Assembly (NCBI GenBank): GCA_001724265.1
Contig: MEDY01000082.1
Span: 1 to 64,000 of the forward strand
DNA length: 64,000 nucleotides
DNA from: Rhizaria sp. SCN 62-66
Lineage: Eukaryota
Direction of reading: 5' to 3'
Positions 57,501-64,000 of this stretch are shown here, piece after piece. How positions within the stretch are numbered: position 1 is the first letter of the stretch; each line of letters starts with the position of its first letter. Position numbers and translations under genes: made by a program. The notes beneath the pieces are model-generated. The model saw only the letters and a list, made by a program, of their open reading frames with translations. It was not told where the DNA came from and did not search any database.

Positions 57501-60500
57501 AAACCACGACACCGACCTAAAACTTGCGTCCGCGCCCGTCTTAGCCAGTGTTGCCGAAGCAGCGGAAGCGTGAGACAGCAGCAGCTCAGAGAAGCAGCGC
57601 ATGAGAAGCTTGAGATTGCGCAGCCGCGGGGTGTAGTGATCGGGCAGCAAGTCCTCGCAGAGAGCGCAGAGAACCCAGAACGCGCGCTCCTCGCCGTCTA
57701 AGGGTGTACTTAGACCCTCGTCCGTTGCGCCAACGTCAGTACTATCACGGTTGTCAACGTGGCCATCAGTGTAGCTCCCATTCCCTGGCCCAAACACAGT
57801 CAGCAGCATCGCGGCGAGGAAGTTCATCGACTGCAAATAGCCGATCTGCGGGTTCCGCAGCACGAACGCCGATAACACCCTGCGCAGCGCCGCGCGCGCG
57901 GGGGCCGTGCGGAACCACACGTGGCCGCACGTCGTGCGTCCAATGTCGCGGTCGATTTGCTCCAGAATTGCGGTGACGCGGGACAGCTCGGCCGCGGTAC
58001 TGAAAAAAAACGACGGGCGTGCGGAGCTGAACGCGCTGCTGTCGCGGCGAAGGCCGCCGTTGGTCCTACTGATGTCACTAGTGTTCAGCGAAAGCAGAGA
58101 ACTAGCGCTAGGTGCTGCTGTTTTGCCCGTGATATGAGTGGGAGAAGATAACTTCGCTAATGAAATGCGACGCTTATTAGTCGTGCTGTGACTCTCAGTT
58201 GCAGCAGCCATCTTATCTGTGCTCACAATCACCTTTGCGCCGTCAGATACATGCACTAAGCCGCCTGCAGGCCGATGATAGTAGGGGGCTTGTGCGAGCT
58301 GCGCGTAACTTAGGCCGCGCCAAGCGCGCGCCGTCGCCACGTCGTCCCACTCAGAGCCATCGGGACTTAGATTGCCATCCTTCTGCATGTTGCCGCTGTT
58401 GTTCCTGCTGCTGTTGTTAGAGACTGGGGGCAAGATCGCCGTTGACGCAGGTAACGTGACCGTATCAAACGTAATCTGCTGCTCTTGCACACTGCAGTCG
58501 GCACTGCCAGTGGCGGCGCATGCTTGCTGCCTGGCCGCAGCAGCAGCGGCCTTGGCAGCGGCTCCAGACCAGAGCCACCACGCGTCCGCCCTGGCGGTGG
58601 GCGGCAAGCCCGTGCTGTGCAGCACACTCATGAGCGGCGGAGACAGCGGCAGCAGAGCGAGGGCGCGCGCTGAGAGAGCGAGCGGTGGCGGCAGCGGTTG
58701 ATGTTCTTGATCGCAGCCGCCTTCTGTGTCGCCGTCGCTGTCACTCTGCTTACGGTCGTTGTTAGCAATCATGCTTAAGGTGGGGCTAAAAGGGGACAGA
58801 AGGCTATGGGGCATTGCGTTTTTTTCGTCAAACGTGCCACTGTTATTGTCGTCAGTAATACTGTCGCTTGTGCGAGTACCCGTGAGGCGGCGGCGCGCGT
58901 TGCACGGGGCTGACAAAGGCGATAGTGAGTCGCTAGCCTCCCGCAATGCACTAGCTGCCTCCGACTCCGACTCTGGCTCCGACTCTGAGTCAACCTCAGC
59001 ACAGGGCTTTGCAGAGTGAGTTGTCGCAGTCATTGCTGCGGTGGGAGCTGCAAGCGCAGTCGGAGTCACATCTTCAACCCCAGACACGTTGTCATTGCAA
59101 CCGTCATCGTCGCTGCCGTTGTCCGCGTCGCTGTGGTCAAAGTCTCTCGCGACCGTGACAACAGGCACAGGCAAGAGCTCCAAGTCAAAATCTTCTTGCT
59201 CCTGCTCTCGCTCCGAGCCAGAGTCAGATTCAGAGTCAGAGTTGGCGGTACAGACTGTGAGCCCGGTGGTTGTCTTCGTTTTGCCACCGGTCACGGTCAG
59301 AGCTGGAGTAAAGACGAGGGAGTCGAGCAAACTACCGATACCACCACCAGTCTCCTCATCACCATTGCTGCTGACACTCTCGTCAACACCTCCGCTTTTC
59401 TTGCGATCATCAACATCGCCAACACAGTCCACGTTAGCATTGGTAGTGATGTTGTGGCGGCGACGGCGGCGGCATGTTATAGTGGGCGGTGGCAGCAATA
59501 CTGGCGAGTTATTGTTGGAAAAGTGGCCGTGATTGCTTGATAAGTGACTATGAGCAGTGCTTTCTTCCCCTGTGCGACTTGCGTCGGCGCTCGTGTTGTT
59601 GTTCATGTTGCTCTTGGCGGAGCTAGCAAAGCATGACGCTTGCGACGAGGACAAAGGGGACAGCAGCTGCGCCTGTGGCTGAGCGCGTGATTGTGACTGC
59701 AACTTAGACTGTGGCTGCGACAGTGAGCAGGGTGAAAATGGAGCGGTAACATTGCTTACAGCAGCAGCATTCGCCGCATTTGTAGTCGCACGTAAGCGAC
59801 GAGCAGAGCCAGCGCTTACAGGCGACAGAAACACCACATTGTTCTTACTCGTGCCGCTAGAAATGCCTGTAGACTGCGGGTACTGAGAGCTCGCTGTCGG
59901 GGTGGCAGCAGCGAAGTGACTGTGCGCGCAGTTGGTGCGAGCGCTCACATCGGCGGGCACGGGAGACTGGGGACCGAACGCGCTCACGGCGCTCGGCGTG
60001 CGCTGCTCTTGGCCCAGAGACCGTGAGCCTGCGTGTGAGTACCCCGGGGAGAACGTGAGGGGCGGCGAGTGAAGCGGAGAGCTGAGGGGGGACATGCCGA
60101 GCCGAGCGAGAGAGCACCTTGCCTTCGGCGCTGGAGTCAGACTGTTATTCTCGTCGTTGTCGGCGTTGTTGCCGTCGTCGTCGTCACTCCCGTTGTTGTA
60201 GTGGGTATGACTATCGTTCGTGCTCACATCGCCGGTCTGACTGTAACTGCAACTGCGCTTCTTAGCGTTGTTGTTATTGTTGTTGAGGTTGTTATCAGTC
60301 GAGTCTGCGTCAGGTGTAATCATATAGTTCTCCCATGGATTCGCACGCGCATTCACGATATACCACCGAGAGCTCTCAGTCGCCTCATAGGCTGCAGTGT
60401 TAGCGCAAACACTCTCACCAACACTCTTAAAGAAGCTCTCGCTTTGCTCATTCTCGTTGTAACCCTGACTCTGGCTCTGGCTCTGGCCTCTCTGGGGGAG

Positions 60501-61226
60501 CCTCACCGTCACCGCCGTCTTACGGCAGCCGCCGCGCCCCCACGTCCTCTCCAGCGCCATGGCCCACGCCCGCTCGGCGTGCTCCAGCGCCGCAACGCGC
60601 GCCGGCGCCCCGCTAGCGGTGCGTTTGTTGACGTAGCGCGGGAAAGGCAGCGGCTCCAGCGCGCCGGGAAGCAGCGCGAAACCGAGGGAATCGACCGCGG
60701 AGTCAGCGCTCACGGTCACCTGGATAGTGTTGGCGGCCAAGGCGCTGGCGGGGCTTGCTGAAACAGTGGTTGTGTTGCTGTTGCTGCTGCGGGTGTAGCC
60801 GCTGGAGCGAGGGGAGAGAGGGGAGAGAGGGGAGCGGGGAGAGAATGTCCCGGAGGCGGCACCGCCGCGGCCAGTGCGAGGGCTCGTAACTGACGTGTGA
60901 GGTCCGAAAAACCCACGCGGGTGCGAGGCAGTAGCGGGTGATTGCGGAAATCCACGCTTGGTGTGCGTGGGTGCAATGGCAAAGACAGATGTCGATGCGG
61001 AAGTGGAGCCGGACGCGGATGTTGTTGAGGGAACAACAGCACGCCGGGGGCTGAAGAGCAGGGAGATTGGAGACTTAAGCGGATCAGCAAACATGACATG
61101 AGACATACGCTTGCGTGCCACGCTTGGGGTGCGTGGAGGGTGTGGTGTCTGCATTGGTGGGCGAGGGGGCGCTCGTGGAGTGTCGAGAGAGGCAGATAGC
61201 GGTGCACCGGCAACCGTCGGCATCAT
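54519..61226 (-). CDS. TBC-domain Rab GTPase-activating protein, ~2235 aa
   Basis: Arg finger QIDRDIGRT, LRRVLSAFVLRNPQIGYLQSMNFLAAMLL (Gln finger), EERAFWVL, SWFLCLF, VWD; coiled coil after the domain. First ATG 61226, stop TAA. Confidence 0.92.
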   Translation of the reverse strand: MMPTVAGAPLSASLDTPRAPPRPPMQTPHPPRTPSVARKRMSHVMFADPLKSPISLLFSPRRAVVPSTTSASGSTSASTSVFAIAPTHTKRGFPQSPATASHPRGFFGPHTSVTSPRTGRGGAASGTFSPRSPLSPLSPRSSGYTRSSNSNTTTVSASPASALAANTIQVTVSADSAVDSLGFALLPGALEPLPFPRYVNKRTASGAPARVAALEHAERAWAMALERTWGRGGCRKTAVTVRLPQRGQSQSQSQGYNENEQSESFFKSVGESVCANTAAYEATESSRWYIVNARANPWENYMITPDADSTDNNLNNNNNNAKKRSCSYSQTGDVSTNDSHTHYNNGSDDDDGNNADNDENNSLTPAPKARCSLARLGMSPLSSPLHSPPLTFSPGYSHAGSRSLGQEQRTPSAVSAFGPQSPVPADVSARTNCAHSHFAAATPTASSQYPQSTGISSGTSKNNVVFLSPVSAGSARRLRATTNAANAAAVSNVTAPFSPCSLSQPQSKLQSQSRAQPQAQLLSPLSSSQASCFASSAKSNMNNNTSADASRTGEESTAHSHLSSNHGHFSNNNSPVLLPPPTITCRRRRRHNITTNANVDCVGDVDDRKKSGGVDESVSSNGDEETGGGIGSLLDSLVFTPALTVTGGKTKTTTGLTVCTANSDSESDSGSEREQEQEDFDLELLPVPVVTVARDFDHSDADNGSDDDGCNDNVSGVEDVTPTALAAPTAAMTATTHSAKPCAEVDSESEPESESEAASALREASDSLSPLSAPCNARRRLTGTRTSDSITDDNNSGTFDEKNAMPHSLLSPFSPTLSMIANNDRKQSDSDGDTEGGCDQEHQPLPPPLALSARALALLPLSPPLMSVLHSTGLPPTARADAWWLWSGAAAKAAAAAARQQACAATGSADCSVQEQQITFDTVTLPASTAILPPVSNNSSRNNSGNMQKDGNLSPDGSEWDDVATARAWRGLSYAQLAQAPYYHRPAGGLVHVSDGAKVIVSTDKMAAATESHSTTNKRRISLAKLSSPTHITGKTAAPSASSLLSLNTSDISRTNGGLRRDSSAFSSARPSFFFSTAAELSRVTAILEQIDRDIGRTTCGHVWFRTAPARAALRRVLSAFVLRNPQIGYLQSMNFLAAMLLTVFGPGNGSYTDGHVDNRDSTDVGATDEGLSTPLDGEERAFWVLCALCEDLLPDHYTPRLRNLKLLMRCFSELLLSHASAASATLAKTGADASFRSVSWFLCLFFTYIPAECAAVVWDCVFAQCYLGNTETLLSQKTTDSSNTSLSSDAETAKQEQQQHQLSLLLQSQSDCMPLSSPRQYDRACAVLCCFGFALLSLCAPRLATADSFIAASDAIQHAGTWVVSTKALTSAAFPELFSDGCSTHSSSESAHNDSPARANCSHFTGAAVDAGPALVSEIASSLPALRTRLTFEEAKAEQERAQILAQRQEQRAHASKMASDAKYRAMVLKQEKAKAEKEEAEAKVAAKAAAKAEAAAAALAKKQQKQLQHQQQQQQQQSTVSASLSALLGGGLSTPRAKSKGLASAGVSGGAKGSSATPLTRYVRCYGTTTNTNTPMANPINSSAVYGNAANTPTASSKRGSKTAAEAAAEAAAEAEAEAEVALFYCPVDASSCSDNDNDDYLGYGLRGNNVSVAASSTYAYTAGQGTPCRNTARAAAAATAAAAAAVAAAAAAGANKASIAAAAAAAAAGGAAVELRLSGSAVGNTPYTGASGVRKDVSTPFGSDSGSSMVSPAHSHSAALSHRNNANGTAALDNTSAATIRGYTHNDAVDDNDDNDSYCSGRGSNRSSVGYGAPRPDCESVSAISNSNSDAAGHDFSWFVGGVLTNHNNSTSGVNKRSGHEDVAADKQRRRKSYSKGKSSKRRASMASGNSSSNTPVSKTADGNANACASTSASARVKSHRHPFFTPQRLFLAPRSNHFSTNTSSYNCDYALSASAARNSVTVTVSLSSGHDLFGDDNTANNAGDAKHAVAGLSEVDDNQHKDMLLLLSPRSPLHMHSPSQSKYLQSPRSPLQSARRRKSLLTLAKGVLSPTNGVRSPSKYLLSPAKCGNAAAPWSPQSVSVSVSAFSATNVSACIPGSALRRLRRSIVPKAMDPLAGLSAPSDEDSASVGSLSTPMKDMSAVAAAAATEATPVAAVGTGPRRTSSNAFARVFSPLRTSSQSNNNASSKNGTITTGNMNIKSPSQPQLQPPPMSPEGVLYAPSDASYLENYY

Positions 61227-61675
61227 CCTCAAGTTAAGTAAGAGTTCCTGTGGCTTTAAGAAAAATATAATAAAATAAATAAAAGTAAAAAGTCAGATTT
61301 AATCAAGATTCACACGTAACACTCCTTAGCAACGACTAACTATGACAGTATATGCTCGTCAAAAGTTTGCATTCCTCCTCTGGACTCCAACGGCTATATC
61401 GATCACCATTGGTCAGCACTAACGAGCCCTTTCGATCATTCGTCAGCGCAGCCTATAGATCGTCTAATTGAAACAGTATATGCGTATCCAACTGATATTA
61501 AATGCTTTAATATATGTGTCGACAGTATGCCTTTGTCTCATGAATAAACTTTATACATGTACATTTTGTACATGTACTGTAGACTAGTATTCTCACATGC
61601 GCACTAGAACAGCAGTTATAGGGAGTGGTTTTATTGATGTGTGTGGCAACTTGTTTTTTGGTTCCTGATGGCTGA

Positions 61676-62359
61676 TTAGTGTATGACGCCGACTAAGCGA
61701 TGGCGCTTGAGGTAGCTGAGGATTCCTGAGCCACATGGCACTGAGCGCCGTCTTGCTGGATGACGTAGCTGCTCAGACCGGGCCCAGTGAGTCGCTCTAA
61801 CACCTCGATGAAAACAGGGCTGTCGAAGCTCCCCTCGTAGACCATGGGAGTGATTCGCCGCGTCTTGCAGATGCCCCACCATACCGCGACCGCGCCACCG
61901 TAGTCGCTGACCTCCATGACCGGCCGCTCGCCAATACGTTAGTGAACGGCAGCGCCACGGCGGCTGATCCTGAAGACCTTCTCGTCGGTTAATATGGTCT
62001 TGCTCCAGTTGTGAGTGCTGTACTTCTTGGCCAAGGGCCTTCTTGGACTGACCGAAACGGATCTTCGCGCGCTTGAGCGCAGTGCGGAAGGTGGCGACGG
62101 AGAAGTTAAGGCTCATCTCTCTCATCACAATCTCGTACTTGTCGGCGTTCTCCAAGTTGTTCTTACGGAACCCAATAGCAGCGAACTCCGCCAGACGCTT
62201 GTCACGGATGAGGTGCTTTCGACCTTGACCCCGCATGGGACGACGATCTATCACAGGCTGGCACGGGCGGCTGTAGCGCTTGACAGTACTCTTGGAGACT
62301 TTAAGTTGGCGCGCGATGCGACAATTAATTATACCCACCATGAAACCGATTTGTTTCAA
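61676..62359 (-). mobile_element. Degenerate Tc1/mariner-superfamily transposase fragment
   Basis: HTH-like IARQLKVSKSTVKRY; after a frameshift near 62035, WSKTILTDEKVF (first Asp), VAVWWGI and QQDGAQCH (second Asp). In-frame TAA at 61939-61941; SPDLNPIE region absent; no terminal inverted repeats found. Confidence 0.85.
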
Positions 62360-62728
62360 ACTAAGACTTGAAGCATCTCTGGATCGTGATATGTAGGGGT
62401 GAAACTTCTCTTAGCAAGCCTATATATTTGAGCATTTTAAGTCATCGCGAAAGTGCACGCGTGCAGCAGCTTCACTTAGCGGTGATGTGCGAAGCGCTCG
62501 CGTCGCAGCACTCATCTCATGTATTAATAGTACGTATTGCAGTCGTGGATTCATACTTATATTGTACTCGTTGGAGTCATCATTACACTTTAAACATCAT
62601 GTGACCTCCTTATCTGTAGCTAGTTCGAACACCAGTGGCCTTGAACTCCTACACTACACCGACGGGTACCTGACAGCCAAGTCCCCTGAGCCTTCTTATC
62701 CTCAGAATGTTCGTTATTACTCTTGCTT

Positions 62729-64000
62729 TCATCGAATCTTTATCGTCATAATTTTCTTTATTGCGCCTTTGCGCATATCATTGTTCCACTGCTCTCGTCT
62801 AAACGCAACAATATGGTACGTAGTACTTTTTTTAGTACAATCAGAGCCATCCTCAGTTTGACTTATTTCATTGCTATCCTCTTCTTCAGACATATCTTCC
62901 TCCCCAGTTTCTTTGTCAGTGCAGTCATTTTGTTGATGTGTCAACGTGTTGTCATTGCCGTCGGCGCACTCGCTCTGATTCAGGTCAGCATCGCTATCGG
63001 TCTTCTTCGAACGCGCCTGCGCGTACGCCGCTTCTTTTTTGTCACGCGACTTCAAAGCTTGCTTTTGCTCAGAATCAGCTTGTGACTTTGACTCTGACCC
63101 AAGGCTATCAGTCGGTTAACCAAGCCATTTAGCCGGCAGCCAGCGTACAGGGTGCTCGCCGCGTGCTGCCAGGAGGTGGTTTACCTTGCGGTAGACATCG
63201 AATCCGATGAACTGGTGCTGCGCGCCGGGTGTGCGGAGGTCATCGTTGCTGGAAGACGGGTCTGGCTAAAATACCTAATCCACTGGCAGCAACACGGACT
63301 TACTGCCACTTCGAACTGCGTTGACACCGACATCATCGTTCAACACCCAGTACTCGTCGCACTTACCGGTAGTCAGAGTCATATTGCTGTTGGAACGCTC
63401 GTCACCGTTGCAGTCGCTGTCGTTACTATTGTTGTTGTTGTTGCCAAGATCGTCGTTGTTATTATTGCCAATATTAAGATATAGAGTGCTATCTTGGCAC
63501 AGTATGTGGCTGATGTAATCTTGGCGTGAAGGGGCGTATTTGGAAAAGACACGTTAGAATTAGAAGAACAAATCTCAGCCTTGTACGCGCTGCGCGCCTC
63601 TTGAGCGAGATTAGAGGCAGACGCTACCTCCTTACCAAGATCACGAACAACGTTCAAAAGACGCTTGACCTCACTCCACTGTTGCTGTGCCTTGTGTGGG
63701 TTACGCGACAGTGGACGAACCCTCGCTTCATCAAGAGCCTCAAGAGCTGTAACTGCCTTCTTGCGAATTGCGAGATACGTTTCTTTTGTCCTGGTCATAT
63801 CGTCATGCAGCTGCTCAAGAAACTCACTTGTTGCAGTTGCAACAATAACAGGAAAGGCGACAGAGGCAAAAGTAGCAACAGCTACGTCGTTTGTACTGAG
63901 CAAATATTTTGCTTGATCCATGACAGAAAATATATTTGTGCAGAGATTGCGAGCCGCAATGATCTCGCGCTCAATCTTCTGCGTCTTCGGAGAGCCTGCC
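62729..64000 (-). pseudogene. Disrupted coding-like sequence of unknown family, entering from beyond the window end
   Basis: The ORF containing 63921-63379 appears to shift frame near 63490-63550 into a coding-like frame with TAG at 63275 and 63266 and TAA at 63116, then continues into ORF 62729-63055. Confidence 0.45.

Noticed and set aside
538-57720. TAAG/CTTA motifs as a CRISPR array, MITE family or telomeric repeats
   Set aside because: Too short and degenerate, no constant repeat-spacer structure or target-site duplications, and they lie in frame within genes.
599-61213. Numerous antisense and alternate-frame ORFs (poly-Leu, poly-Cys, Arg-rich)
   Set aside because: Shadows of GC-rich, trinucleotide-repeat coding sequence; no independent motifs.
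1-64000. tRNA (including a CUA suppressor), rRNA or snRNA genes
   Set aside because: None recognisable by eye; a covariance-model search would be needed to exclude them.

Overview
Gene-dense window from a microbial eukaryote (lineage not determinable here). It holds ten long protein genes rich in low-complexity Ala/Asn/Gln/Ser tracts, short AT-rich spacers, and eight inferred spliceosomal introns (148-214 nt, all with GTACG donors). Recognisable products: a DHHC palmitoyltransferase, an importin-beta-like/RecQ helicase fusion, a RADX-like multi-OB-fold protein, an ABHD17-like hydrolase, a UBA-like-repeat/GDAP2-type macro-domain protein, a non-canonical nucleotidyltransferase and a TBC Rab-GAP. 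There is also a Tc1/mariner remnant. Main finding: UAG appears to be a sense codon, probably Gln, while UAA and UGA remain stops. Six in-frame TAGs interrupt two otherwise intact genes, and all ten inferred gene ends are TAA or TGA. Second finding: a TAAG/CTTA motif family recurs inside exons on both strands at roughly 10-11 bp phasing, suggestive of nucleosome-positioning signal written into coding DNA. All homology calls are from motif recognition by eye, not database searches.
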